From an uncultured virus (IMG/VR IMGVR_UViG_3300009154_000049) (lineage: Duplodnaviria > Heunggongvirae > Uroviricota > Caudoviricetes): a DNA stretch of 64,000 nt. Every line of letters begins with the position of its first letter. The stretch's first letter is position 1. The translations under genes and the position numbers were made by a program. The notes below the pieces were generated by a model. It was not told the origin of the DNA and searched no databases. It was given only the letters and a program-made list of their open reading frames with translations. Below are positions 6,572 to 15,805 of this stretch, in pieces. Location of the stretch: the IMG/VR virus record IMGVR_UViG_3300009154_000049. One strand, written 5' to 3'.

Positions 6572-7678
6572 ATGGCCCGCAACGCAGGTCGCGCAACACC
6601 GCACAATGGGATTGCTACTTTCATGAAAAAGTTCAGCAAACCTTTCTCATTAGACGCCAGCTACATTGACACTGAGGACATGAGCCTCAACTATGCCGAT
6701 GGTCTGATCCCCATGGCTGACATCGCAGCAGCAGTAGATGCCGCAATCGGTACTTGGCAAGGCAGGGTCAAGACAGCCTTCCAGATGATGAATCTCACAC
6801 CAAGATTTGAGTTGGTCAGCAAGGACGTCATCTACACGCATCCAGCTTTCAACCGCGATACCAGCCCAAACCACTGCCTCAAGATTGAAAAGTCCTGGTA
6901 CGATCAGTTTGCCACCACTGGACTGGGGCTGAAGATGCCTGACAAGTATGGCAACATCGTGCTCAATTGCGACAGCACTCACACTGGTGCCAATCGCATT
7001 CGCCAGGGCATTACAGAACTGCCATTTTGGTTGGCTGACATCCCAGACATGGGAACCCGCGAGGCCACGCTCAAGGAAGGATTGTTCATCGCTGGTCATA
7101 TGTTCCTCAACATCAACGTTATCAACAAGCGCGGCTGTGACGTGTTTGATCAGCACAAGATCAAGGTAGCATGCGGCATCTACCCCGCGCATCTCATCGA
7201 CGCCCGTGTGCGCAAGACCGCAGCTTTTGTCAAACGCAGCGGCATGAAGATCACCAATGCCATCCACAATCTCAACGAAGTCTATGAGACCTTTGCCTTG
7301 GACAAAGGCAGCAACGATCCAGGCAGGTTGTTGGAGATCGTGCTGAAATGGCATGTGCGTAACTTCCTTCACCAAAGCATCGACGGTTGTCTCTGCACAA
7401 GCTTTGCTATGGTGCTGCAGGACAATGAGCTGGATGATATCACCTGGACCGAAGCTGAGATGGATCAGGTGGCCACACTGTTGCGCAGCCGCTATAAGAA
7501 AGCTCGAGATGCGCAGCTGGCCATCAAGGAAGCCTGCCTCCAGGGCAAGAACCCTGGAGAAACTGAGCTGGCTCCGAACTGGGTTGTCAGCAACGGCATC
7601 AAGCGTTTGGTGTCCACGAACCTGCAGCTGTCTGTGGGCAAGGACAAGATCAGAAACTGGGACTCGGCATTGTCATGA
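6572..7678 (+). CDS. hypothetical protein, possible ParB/Srx-like N-terminal domain
   Basis: FNRD...IVLNCDSTHT resembles the YQR...iDGQHR/T ParB-like motif (weak); GGAGAG RBS. Confidence 0.5.
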   Translation: MARNAGRATPHNGIATFMKKFSKPFSLDASYIDTEDMSLNYADGLIPMADIAAAVDAAIGTWQGRVKTAFQMMNLTPRFELVSKDVIYTHPAFNRDTSPNHCLKIEKSWYDQFATTGLGLKMPDKYGNIVLNCDSTHTGANRIRQGITELPFWLADIPDMGTREATLKEGLFIAGHMFLNINVINKRGCDVFDQHKIKVACGIYPAHLIDARVRKTAAFVKRSGMKITNAIHNLNEVYETFALDKGSNDPGRLLEIVLKWHVRNFLHQSIDGCLCTSFAMVLQDNELDDITWTEAEMDQVATLLRSRYKKARDAQLAIKEACLQGKNPGETELAPNWVVSNGIKRLVSTNLQLSVGKDKIRNWDSALS

Positions 7679-8061
7679 ACTGGCTTTACACGCTCACACC
7701 ACCACTGGGTACGGCCAACAAGTTTGGCATCAGCGGCAGCATCAGAGGACGGCTTGGAAAGTACCAGCTGCCGTATGGTCCAACCTGGGAGGCAGCGTTC
7801 AGTTGGTTGGCTGGTCATGAAGATCCCAAGGTCATCAGCTGGATGGAAGACAGCATCAAAGGACATTTCCGTAACCATCGCTGGGGCATTGGCCCTGGCA
7901 TGACGGAATGGCTGGAAGACGTCACTGCTGAGCAGATCAGAGACTACGTGATGCTGGTCAATGCGGATCTTGATCTTGGTATCAAAGAGTATGGATTTGC
8001 TCAGTGGAATGCCCTGCGATTGGCACACGAGTTCCCTGATGATCATGGGCAAGACGATTAA
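7675..8061 (+). CDS. GIY-YIG/T5orf172-like protein
   Basis: WLY...KFGIS....RL..YQ...E pattern; ATGA overlap with the upstream gene. Confidence 0.55.
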   Translation: MNWLYTLTPPLGTANKFGISGSIRGRLGKYQLPYGPTWEAAFSWLAGHEDPKVISWMEDSIKGHFRNHRWGIGPGMTEWLEDVTAEQIRDYVMLVNADLDLGIKEYGFAQWNALRLAHEFPDDHGQDD

Positions 8062-8108
8062 CGATTTTGTCATCTAACCCTAGATAAATATCCAGTGGTC
8101 ACCATGCT

Positions 8109-8306
8109 ATGCCAGAAACAGGTCCAAGACCTTATGAGATACTGCAGTACGACTCGCGCCACGGCAAGAGGTACTACACGGTGACCCGCGGAGGGCGATT
8201 GATCCTCCGCACGCGCGATCTGCGCCAAGTTGAATACTATCAACAGGCTAACGCACAGGCTCGTGCTGGTTCTCTTGCCAGCACAGGCAAAACCGATGGG
8301 GGATAG
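8109..8306 (+). CDS. hypothetical protein (65 aa)
   Basis: Follows a TAAATA box; fills the gap before the RNase H-like gene. Confidence 0.55.
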   Translation: MPETGPRPYEILQYDSRHGKRYYTVTRGGRLILRTRDLRQVEYYQQANAQARAGSLASTGKTDGG

Positions 8307-8307
8307 C

Positions 8308-8793
8308 ATGCTACCAAGAGAGATCGACATACAGGAAATAGCCACTTTCGTTGAGAGCTGCGGACCAAACACACGCCTCTACATTGGCTGTGACAGCGAG
8401 CGATTCATACACAAGGGCCGTTGGCATGCGGACTATACCCTGGCCGTGGTGGTTCACAAGAATGGCAACAACGGCTGCAAGATCTTTGGCTGCGCAGATC
8501 GTGAGATCGACTATGACCAGCGCAAGGACCGTCCACAGCTGCGGCTGATGAACGAGGTCTATCGCGTGAGCAACCTCTACCTGCAGCTGATCGAAGCCAT
8601 GCCCAATCGCGAGATCGAAGTGCATTTGGACATCAATCCCGACGAGAGGCACGGCAGCAGCTGCGTGATACAGCAGGCCATAGGGTACATACGAGGCACC
8701 TGCAACGTCATACCCTTCGTCAAGCCTGATGCGTTTGCTGCCAGCGTGGCTGCTGATAGGCTCAAGGACGTGAGATCAAGGTTGGTGGCCTGA
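8308..8793 (+). CDS. RNase H-like YkuK/DUF458 family protein
   Basis: YIGCDS, RLMNEV, EVHLDIN, KP.AFAAS.AAD motifs. Confidence 0.85.
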   Translation: MLPREIDIQEIATFVESCGPNTRLYIGCDSERFIHKGRWHADYTLAVVVHKNGNNGCKIFGCADREIDYDQRKDRPQLRLMNEVYRVSNLYLQLIEAMPNREIEVHLDINPDERHGSSCVIQQAIGYIRGTCNVIPFVKPDAFAASVAADRLKDVRSRLVA

Positions 8794-10902
8794 GGCCACC
8801 AACATCTCTGCGAACATGCCACTGCGGCGAGGCTTTGAGCCCCAATAGCCCTGTCCATGCCACTGGACGTGGAAGCTGAGATCCAAGTTCTTGATCTCTT
8901 CATGCTGGGCCATGATGCGTGCCCAGTCATCAGGATTGAAACCTTCAGCAGGGTCGTTGAGATCAGGCCTAGCCAGTCGCCGAGCTCTGATGGCGCTGTT
9001 GCTGTTGTTGCGGCCAAAATCTATGGCACACCAAGGTTGGTCTGGTGTCTTGTGAGGTATGCCTGCAGTGTAAGGCGGTTGCTGATAGCCTATGTCAAAG
9101 TCTGCTGTCCACGAACCCTGGGCATTGATGTCGAACCTGTACACGGCCGTGATGGGGCAGGCCACGTTGTCTCCAAACTCTGCCAGATCCCAGGCAGGAT
9201 CAAACCTTATCTCTGCAGTGTAGGCACCGCGAGTGCGCCACAACATGCGCAGCAGTGGCCAGATCTCGTTGGCCACGCTGTTGGCAATCACGCCCTGATC
9301 TGTGTGTATGATGTCATAGTTAAACTGCTCATACTCAATGATGTTCAGCCTCTGAGGATCCGCCAGCACTATGTCATAGCATTGGCGCAGATTGTGCCTG
9401 GTGTTCTTGGCGATGTCCAAGTCAGTGACCAAGTGGTCCAGGAACATGCTGAAGGTCTTGACTCGCAGGAACTTGTTGAGCTTGCTCATGCGCAGGTCCT
9501 TGGTGATCCATGATCCCAGATAGTACTCTGTCATGAGATTGTGCTTGGTGAGGTTCTGTCCCACGATGCTGTCCACGCCCACGTTGTAGCCCTGGCCCGG
9601 GCTGATGTCCGTGATACGGTGGTTCCTGTTGCGCCATATCATGGTCATGGTGTCGGCAAAGTCTTGGTAGCCTTCCTCGGGATAGGCCACTATCCAGTTG
9701 GTATAGGCTTCCAAACCAACCGCAGCACCATCCCTGAAGTTCTGTTCCATCTCTGCCACGGTGGTGCCCTTGTCCATGGCATCCAGCACTCGCTGGCTGC
9801 CGCTCTCGCAACCATAGTTCAGCGCCACGCAGCCGCTGGCTGCCAAGTCTTTGTAGTAGTCTAGGTCCATGCGGCCATCACAGCGAGCATAGCCTGTCCA
9901 GTGTATGGTCATGCCGCTGGCTATGATGCCCCTGCAGAAGGCTCGCAGCTCACGGATGTTGCCGTTGACCAAGCTGTCGATAAACCAAAAGGCATCTATG
10001 CCATGGTTGTCATAGAGATGCGCCACTTCCTTGAGTATGCTGCTGCTCTGCCTCTGACGGTACAGATAGAAATGCGTCTCTTCGCAGAAGGTGCACTTGG
10101 CAGTGCAGCCTCGGCTGAGCTCAGTGTTGACGCCGTTGGGTATGCTGTAGAGGCTGAGGTCAAAGAAGCTGTAGTCAGGTATGGGCAGCTTGTCCAAGTC
10201 AATGCGTTGGTCTCTGGGCTGGCGCATGATCATGGGCGTGTCATGCACCACACCCTGTTCCAGTTCATCCAACAGGTTCAGCAATGGTGTCTCGCCCTCG
10301 CCGTTGACCACGTAGTCATACTCGGGTTCTGGCTGGTAGTAGCTGTAGTGAGTGCTGCTGCCTCCCACCACGATCTTGATCTCGGGCCAGCGCCGCTTGA
10401 TCTCAGAGCTCAGCCAGCGAGTAGGTGCCAGGTTGCAGTAGTAGATGGTGAAGCCTATGACATCTGGTTTCAGTTGACCAATATTCTCCAGCGTCTCGGC
10501 TAACAGAGGCAACATGTGCTGATGTAGGTCGTTGAAGTACTGTGGGGCTATCCAATGCCAATCTCGCATGCCATCCCAGGGGTCATAGTCTATGCCGGGC
10601 CAACCCTGGAGATAGCGGTTGCGGGCCTGAGCGTTGATGTCCCAGATGTGAGTGTCGTAGCCTGCGGCCTTGGTCACTGATCCCAGACGTGCCAGGTTAT
10701 AGGGCGGGAAGCGATGTGCCCATTCAGGCAACAGCATCAGCAACAGCTTGGTTTTCCTAGTGGCAGCCTTGACTTCAACGGGTGTGAGGTTCTTCTGCGC
10801 ATGGGGTTTGGCCCAGGGTTCGATGGCACGCAGCATGGCCAGATGCCGATCTCCCGTGGGCTGCACTGTGGATTTCTTGTCTATCTTGCCAAACTGTTTC
10901 AT
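8776..10902 (-). CDS. cobalamin-dependent radical SAM enzyme
   Basis: N-terminal B12-binding-type domain (PPYNLARL...PDVIGFT...IVVGG), SRGCTAKCTFC CxxxCxxC motif, G.ESGS. Confidence 0.9.
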   Translation of the reverse strand: MKQFGKIDKKSTVQPTGDRHLAMLRAIEPWAKPHAQKNLTPVEVKAATRKTKLLLMLLPEWAHRFPPYNLARLGSVTKAAGYDTHIWDINAQARNRYLQGWPGIDYDPWDGMRDWHWIAPQYFNDLHQHMLPLLAETLENIGQLKPDVIGFTIYYCNLAPTRWLSSEIKRRWPEIKIVVGGSSTHYSYYQPEPEYDYVVNGEGETPLLNLLDELEQGVVHDTPMIMRQPRDQRIDLDKLPIPDYSFFDLSLYSIPNGVNTELSRGCTAKCTFCEETHFYLYRQRQSSSILKEVAHLYDNHGIDAFWFIDSLVNGNIRELRAFCRGIIASGMTIHWTGYARCDGRMDLDYYKDLAASGCVALNYGCESGSQRVLDAMDKGTTVAEMEQNFRDGAAVGLEAYTNWIVAYPEEGYQDFADTMTMIWRNRNHRITDISPGQGYNVGVDSIVGQNLTKHNLMTEYYLGSWITKDLRMSKLNKFLRVKTFSMFLDHLVTDLDIAKNTRHNLRQCYDIVLADPQRLNIIEYEQFNYDIIHTDQGVIANSVANEIWPLLRMLWRTRGAYTAEIRFDPAWDLAEFGDNVACPITAVYRFDINAQGSWTADFDIGYQQPPYTAGIPHKTPDQPWCAIDFGRNNSNSAIRARRLARPDLNDPAEGFNPDDWARIMAQHEEIKNLDLSFHVQWHGQGYWGSKPRRSGMFAEMLVASGHQP

Positions 10903-11030
10903 CAGTGATTTTGCTTTCAGCTGGGTCGCAACTAATAATGCACTATGTTGGTTTTTTCAGGCTGTTTCAAGATACATATTGTGTGACAGCTGCTGGCTTG
11001 GACAATCAGCACAATTACGGGAAAGTGACC

Positions 11031-11678
11031 ATGCAGGAAAAATACGATGAACTGGTAGCAATGATCAAGCCGCTGACCACGGACATACCAGGACTCAAGT
11101 GGTTTCCCAGCCTAGAACCAGACGTCAGCAATGACCAGGACCAGCCATTGAACAACTATTGGATCAGCCTGGAGGAAGTCAGCGACGGCAACCTCGACGT
11201 GGTACGTCAAACAGTCTCAGAGCTGGGCACCAATCTAGCAGCAGCTCTGGAGATTGGCGTGAACCGCAACGGTGATCGCAGCATGAGCAGGATCATCATG
11301 GATCATCGCCCGCCGCTCAGCTACTACATGGGCATTGACATCGAAGACAAGAGCTATCTCAACGACGAGAGCGCCAACACTTGGACCATGCAGATCAGCA
11401 GCGCAGAACGTGCCAAGATATCAGATCGCCTCAAGCAGCTGGGAATCGGCAACTTGGATCTGATCATGATCGACGGCTGGCACTCAGTGAACATGTGTGT
11501 CAACGATTGGCAGTTCACAGAACGACTGAGCGATCACGGCATAGTGCTGCTGCATGACACCAACACTCACCCAGGCTGCGTGGCACTGTTTGAAGCAGTG
11601 GATGAACGCCTGTGGATCAAGCAGAGGTTCTGCCTCGAGCACGACTTTGGAATCGCAACATTCAGGAAGAGGATCTAA
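11031..11678 (+). CDS. class I SAM-dependent methyltransferase (Methyltransf_24-like)
   Basis: LEIGV, GID, DLIMIDGWH, G.VLLHDT motifs. Confidence 0.8.
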   Translation: MQEKYDELVAMIKPLTTDIPGLKWFPSLEPDVSNDQDQPLNNYWISLEEVSDGNLDVVRQTVSELGTNLAAALEIGVNRNGDRSMSRIIMDHRPPLSYYMGIDIEDKSYLNDESANTWTMQISSAERAKISDRLKQLGIGNLDLIMIDGWHSVNMCVNDWQFTERLSDHGIVLLHDTNTHPGCVALFEAVDERLWIKQRFCLEHDFGIATFRKRI

Positions 11679-12457
11679 TGGCTATCACAGAAGCGCTGCT
11701 GCGCAGCCCAATCGGTTACAACATGAACGTGTTGGCAGAAAGGCTGAACCATGTCAGGGACGTGGTTGACCTAGACAGCTGGCGCACAATATTTGACATA
11801 GGCGCCATGGATGGCTGGGAAGGCACCAACTTTGCCAAGGTTTTTACCGAAGCACGCATATTCGCATTTGAAGCCAGCAAGGACAACTGCGAGCGCTGCA
11901 CCAAGACCTACATGGCACAGCCCTATGCCACTCGCAGCAGGATAGGACTCAGCAACATCGCGCTCACAGACGTCACGGGACCCATGAAGTTCTGGGCAGT
12001 GGATGAAGCTGTGGCCATGGCTGCCAAGGACAAGGTAAACTGGGGCATGGGCAGCATGCTCAAGCTCACAGATCCCGACATGTGGCCCTGGGAGCACAAC
12101 GCACAGAAGGAAGTGGAAGTCCAAGGCTATCGCTTGGATGACTACTGTGTGGCTGCCAAGATCGATCGCGTGGATGCCATCTGGATGGACGTGCAGGGTG
12201 CTGAGCTGAAAGTGCTGCAGGGCGCTGGCGCTCGCTTGGCAGACGTGCAGGTCATATTCACCGAAGCAGGCGTGGAAGCCTACTACGAGGGCCACATGCT
12301 CAAGCCAGAGCTGGATCAGTTCTTGGCCAGCCAGGGATTCACAGAGCTGGAATCTGCGCGCCAACAGGCGCATCGCTACGAAGTCAATGCTATATACGTT
12401 AACGATCGATTCGTGCGCAAGGTTGACAGCGCGCCAGTCGAGACCGTAGCATCTTAA
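11678..12457 (+). CDS. FkbM-family methyltransferase
   Basis: FDIGA.DG, FAFEA, RLDDY, WMDVQGAE..VL.G; TAATG coupling. Confidence 0.9.
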   Translation: MAITEALLRSPIGYNMNVLAERLNHVRDVVDLDSWRTIFDIGAMDGWEGTNFAKVFTEARIFAFEASKDNCERCTKTYMAQPYATRSRIGLSNIALTDVTGPMKFWAVDEAVAMAAKDKVNWGMGSMLKLTDPDMWPWEHNAQKEVEVQGYRLDDYCVAAKIDRVDAIWMDVQGAELKVLQGAGARLADVQVIFTEAGVEAYYEGHMLKPELDQFLASQGFTELESARQQAHRYEVNAIYVNDRFVRKVDSAPVETVAS

Positions 12458-12482
12458 CAACGATCTAGGAGGATCAAGAAAT

Positions 12483-12842
12483 ATGTTGAAATGGTTAAAG
12501 TCGCTGTTCGGGGTCGTGGAGACCAAGGTCGAGACAGCAGTGGTTGCAGAGGCCAAAGCCGTGGCAGCCAAGGTAGAGACCACAGCGGCTGCTGCGGTTT
12601 CAAAGATTGAACAAGAAGCCAAGGCAGAAGCTGCCGTGGTCAAGGACAAGGTCGCTGAAGCTGTGGATCGCATGGTCCCACGCTATGACGCAGCTGTGGA
12701 AGCGGTTGAGAAAGCCGCAGAAGCTGTCGAAGCAGTGGTCACAGCCAAGGCACCGCGCAAACCGCGTGTGCCCAAGGCAGACAAGCCTGCAAAGGCCAAC
12801 AAAGAACCAAAACCACCAAAGGCCAATAAAACCAAGGACTGA
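12483..12842 (+). CDS. Ala/Glu/Lys-rich low-complexity protein with a basic Lys/Pro tail
   Basis: AGGAGG RBS, amphipathic N-terminus MLKWLKSLFG, terminator downstream. Confidence 0.8.
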   Translation: MLKWLKSLFGVVETKVETAVVAEAKAVAAKVETTAAAAVSKIEQEAKAEAAVVKDKVAEAVDRMVPRYDAAVEAVEKAAEAVEAVVTAKAPRKPRVPKADKPAKANKEPKPPKANKTKD

Positions 12843-12870
12843 TCTGCTTGAAACAGATCAGCTGGTAAAC

Positions 12871-12899
12871 ACCGCGCTGTGAAAACAGCGCGGTTTTTT
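12871..12899 (+). terminator. rho-independent terminator
   Basis: ACCGCGCTGT-GAAA-ACAGCGCGGT followed by a T tract. Confidence 0.9.
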
Positions 12900-12903
12900 G
12901 TGG

Positions 12904-12931
12904 TTGACAGACCTCTAGCTCGTGCTATTCT
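12904..12931 (+). promoter_or_regulatory. sigma70-type (early) promoter
   Basis: TTGACA-N16-TATTCT with the -10 box preceded by TGC. Confidence 0.75.
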
Positions 12932-12966
12932 AGACTATATCCGCAAGAACAAGAGGAGATCCGAGC

Positions 12967-13218
12967 ATGGACGCTCGCAACTGGAGACTGATCAAGATGT
13001 TTGCTGCCAATGTGGGCTGGCTAGTGGCTGTGGTGCTGGGCACAGCCAGCTGGGCCCTGACCCTCTATTGGCTGCCCCAACCCTGGAGCGCGATCCTGGG
13101 CTTCTCGCTGCCTGTGCTGTTCCTGTTGAATCTCTGCTGGGATCAGGCCAAGTACCGCCTAGAACGGCAGGAAATGCTGGAAAAAAGGATTGCGGATCAA
13201 CTGGTTAACAGCGACTGA
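12967..13218 (+). CDS. small two-helix membrane protein
   Basis: GAGGAG RBS, two hydrophobic segments. Confidence 0.75.
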   Translation: MDARNWRLIKMFAANVGWLVAVVLGTASWALTLYWLPQPWSAILGFSLPVLFLLNLCWDQAKYRLERQEMLEKRIADQLVNSD

Positions 13219-13224
13219 AAGTGG

Positions 13225-13252
13225 TTGACAACTCGCTATAGCGTGCTATTGT
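13225..13252 (+). promoter_or_regulatory. sigma70-type (early) promoter
   Basis: TTGACA-N16-TATTGT with the -10 box preceded by TGC. Confidence 0.75.
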
Positions 13253-13276
13253 AAGATATGAAATGAGGAGCAGGCA

Positions 13277-13363
13277 ATGAGCGATGTGATCCAAGCGATG
13301 CTGATAGGAACTAGCGTTGGTCTTGCCCTTGCTGTCGCGCTTAACCTTTACATCTACCGCTGA
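13277..13363 (+). CDS. 28-aa single-pass membrane peptide (not in ORF track)
   Basis: GAGGAG RBS directly after a promoter; MSDVIQAMLIGTSVGLALAVALNLYIYR. Confidence 0.6.
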   Translation: MSDVIQAMLIGTSVGLALAVALNLYIYR

Positions 13364-13373
13364 GGAGCAGCAC

Positions 13374-13601
13374 ATGGACTCACAGATCAAGCGCAACACG
13401 GTTCACACTCGCAAGAACACCACGCTGGCAGCTTGGACCCACATGCTGACTGCTTGCCTAGCAGGCACAGGCATAATGCCCACACCGCTGGGATTGCTGC
13501 ATGCCTACGAGGGCGAAGACACACCGGGGAACTATGCTGATCAGCTGATTCGCAGGGGGCGGCGACGCAAGAACGTGGTAGGTCCAGCAGCCATAGATTG
13601 A
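13374..13601 (+). CDS. hypothetical protein (75 aa)
   Basis: GAGGAG RBS before ATG 13374. Confidence 0.6.
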   Translation: MDSQIKRNTVHTRKNTTLAAWTHMLTACLAGTGIMPTPLGLLHAYEGEDTPGNYADQLIRRGRRRKNVVGPAAID

Positions 13602-13625
13602 CAGCACCCATAGTCATGCTAGTTT
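13598..13625 (+). promoter_or_regulatory. sigma70-type (early) promoter
   Basis: TTGACA-N16-TAGTTT with the -10 box preceded by TGC. Confidence 0.65.
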
Positions 13626-13650
13626 GACACACAATCAAGGAGCAGCACAC

Positions 13651-14061
13651 ATGGCATACATCAACCAGGAGCGCAAGGCCCAGATCGCTGCCAAGGTCAA
13701 GCCCATCCTCAAGCGCTATGGCATCAAAGGCACCTTGGCAGTGCGCAATCACATGACCTTGGTCTTGAACATCCACAATGGTGTGATCGACTTCATCAGC
13801 AACAGCAACGAGACCTGCGCCCGTGATCCCTACCAGGTGGCCCAAGGAGGGCAGCCCAGCCGGGACTACGTGGATGTCAATCCCTATCACTATGACAAGC
13901 ATTTCGATGGTGCTGCCAAGCAATTCCTGCAGGAAGTGATGGGTGCGCTCAACGATGGCAACCACGATCGCAGCGACATCCAAACTGATCACTTTGACGT
14001 GGGTTGGTACGTGGATGTCAACATCGGCCGTTGGAACAAGCCCTACAAGCTGGCAGACTGA
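13651..14061 (+). CDS. conserved phage hypothetical protein (MAYINQERK...VNIGRWNKPY)
   Basis: AAGGAG RBS; family recognised from memory as common in large phages. Confidence 0.8.
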   Translation: MAYINQERKAQIAAKVKPILKRYGIKGTLAVRNHMTLVLNIHNGVIDFISNSNETCARDPYQVAQGGQPSRDYVDVNPYHYDKHFDGAAKQFLQEVMGALNDGNHDRSDIQTDHFDVGWYVDVNIGRWNKPYKLAD

Positions 14062-14071
14062 GGAGGAACCC

Positions 14072-14458
14072 ATGGGATTGGACATGTTTCTGGAAGGTCG
14101 TAGGCACATCTGGGACAATGCTGAGACAGAAGAAGGCTTTGCGGTCAAGAGCAAGACCTACGAGCTGGCATACTGGCGCAAGCATCCCAATCTCCATGGT
14201 TACATCGTCAAGAACTATGCCAAGGACGGCATCGATAACTGTGAACCTGTGGAGCTGGATCAGGATGCGCTGATTGCCATCATGTCAGCTGTGCGCGAGT
14301 ATCAACTGCCTCAGACCTCTGGGTTCTTCTTTGGTAGCAGCCGAGAAAGCACGGAGCAACGCGACCATGATCTAGCAGTGCTGACCAGGGCGCTGTTCTG
14401 GCTACAGAACGAGAGCAAGGACGATTGGCGTACAGTGATCTACCAGGCCAGTTGGTAA
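14072..14458 (+). CDS. conserved phage hypothetical protein (MGLD...YWRK.P.LHG...YQASW)
   Basis: GAGGAGG RBS; recognisable family motifs. Confidence 0.8.
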   Translation: MGLDMFLEGRRHIWDNAETEEGFAVKSKTYELAYWRKHPNLHGYIVKNYAKDGIDNCEPVELDQDALIAIMSAVREYQLPQTSGFFFGSSRESTEQRDHDLAVLTRALFWLQNESKDDWRTVIYQASW

Positions 14459-14471
14459 GAGGAACAAGATC

Positions 14472-15485
14472 ATGCGCAAGCTAGCAACTGTACGTAGGAT
14501 CGATGCTATCCAACCAATCCCTGATGCTTATGCCATCGAATGCGCAGTGGTAGGCGGTTGGAAAGTTGTAGTTAAGCGAAGTGAGTTCGCAGTAGGCGAT
14601 CTTGCTGTGTACCTTGAGATCGATTCTTGGGTACCGCATGAACTTGCTCCGTTCTTGTCGAAAGGTTCTGAACCTCGTGAATACAACGGTGTGAAAGGTG
14701 AACGTCTTCGCACTGTAAAATTGCGTGGGCAAATTAGCCAAGGATTGCTGTTGCCTTTGACTTGTATTCAGATTGATACTACGTGGGATGCTATTGAAGG
14801 TTGGGATGTTACTGGCATCCTTGGTATCCAAAAGTGGGAACCTCCAATCCCTGCACAGCTGGGTGGACAGGTCAAAGGCAACTTCCCCGGCAGCATCCCC
14901 AAGACAGATCAGGAGCGCATCCAGAATCTCAGTGGCAAACTGGATGATTGGAAATCACGTGGTTACCACTGGGAGGTCACTGAGAAGCTGGATGGTACCA
15001 GCATGACAGTGTTCTTGGAGCGCGATGGACAATTCGGAGTGTGTGGACGCAACTGGGATCTTGCCGAGACCGATGACAACAGCCTGTGGCGTGCTGCCCG
15101 AGCGAATGATCTAGAAAGCAAGCTGCGCGATCTGGGCAAGGCCATCGCCATCCAGGGTGAGCTGATCGGCGAAGGCATCCAAGGCAATGCCTACCGTATC
15201 AAGGGGCAGCAGTTCTGGGTCTACGATGTCTACGATATCAGTGACACTCGCTATTGGTCGGCCATGGAGCGCCAACGGCTCATAGGCTATCTCGGTCTCA
15301 ACCACGTGCCTCTGATCGATGCAAGCGAGCTGGATGCTGATGTCCCCACTCTGCTGCAGTGGGCTGAGGGCAAGAGCCAGCTGTGCGGCACCACTGAGCG
15401 CGAGGGCTTGGTCTACAAGTGCATGGAAGATCCGGAGATCAGCTTCAAGGCCATCAGCAACAAGTTCCTGCTAAAGAATGGTTGA
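14472..15485 (+). CDS. RNA ligase (ATP), DRB0094/Rnl5-type
   Basis: N-terminal OB domain (MRKLATV...EIDS...KLRGQISQGL), TEKLDGTS motif I, QGEL.G, REGLVYK, FKAISN. Confidence 0.93.
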   Translation: MRKLATVRRIDAIQPIPDAYAIECAVVGGWKVVVKRSEFAVGDLAVYLEIDSWVPHELAPFLSKGSEPREYNGVKGERLRTVKLRGQISQGLLLPLTCIQIDTTWDAIEGWDVTGILGIQKWEPPIPAQLGGQVKGNFPGSIPKTDQERIQNLSGKLDDWKSRGYHWEVTEKLDGTSMTVFLERDGQFGVCGRNWDLAETDDNSLWRAARANDLESKLRDLGKAIAIQGELIGEGIQGNAYRIKGQQFWVYDVYDISDTRYWSAMERQRLIGYLGLNHVPLIDASELDADVPTLLQWAEGKSQLCGTTEREGLVYKCMEDPEISFKAISNKFLLKNG

Positions 15486-15509
15486 CAGCTGCGCTAGGTG
15501 TGCTATTGT
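15482..15509 (+). promoter_or_regulatory. sigma70-type (early) promoter
   Basis: TTGACA-N16-TATTGT with the -10 box preceded by TGC. Confidence 0.75.
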
Positions 15510-15535
15510 GTATTGGTAGGCACGAGGAGCTAGTC

Positions 15536-15601
15536 ATGGACACTGTAACATACACTGTAACAGACGACGACTATCAGATTCCTTATGTGAGCGAGCGCTA
15601 G
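15536..15601 (+). CDS. 21-aa acidic peptide
   Basis: GAGGAG RBS after a promoter; MDTVTYTVTDDDYQIPYVSER. Confidence 0.45.
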   Translation: MDTVTYTVTDDDYQIPYVSER

Positions 15602-15610
15602 GAGCCAACG

Positions 15611-15805
15611 ATGACCGTAGACCAGATCCGCACAGCACTGGACCACATGGAAAGCAACTATGCGCTGGCCATGGACGCAGGTGATCATGATCTCGCTGCT
15701 GACTTCTACACCAAGATCCGCTATCTGTGGAAGCAGCTGGTAGCCGAGGTTGGAGATCCCTACACCACAGAAGCTGACATCCGTTATTTCGAGGGCCTAG
15801 CATAA
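15611..15805 (+). CDS. hypothetical protein (64 aa)
   Basis: AGGAG RBS, TAATG coupling to the next gene. Confidence 0.75.
   Translation: MTVDQIRTALDHMESNYALAMDAGDHDLAADFYTKIRYLWKQLVAEVGDPYTTEADIRYFEGLA

Noticed and set aside
12483..12842. RiPP precursor for the neighbouring radical SAM enzyme
   Set aside because: No leader/core pattern, peptidase or transporter; looks like a generic low-complexity phage protein.
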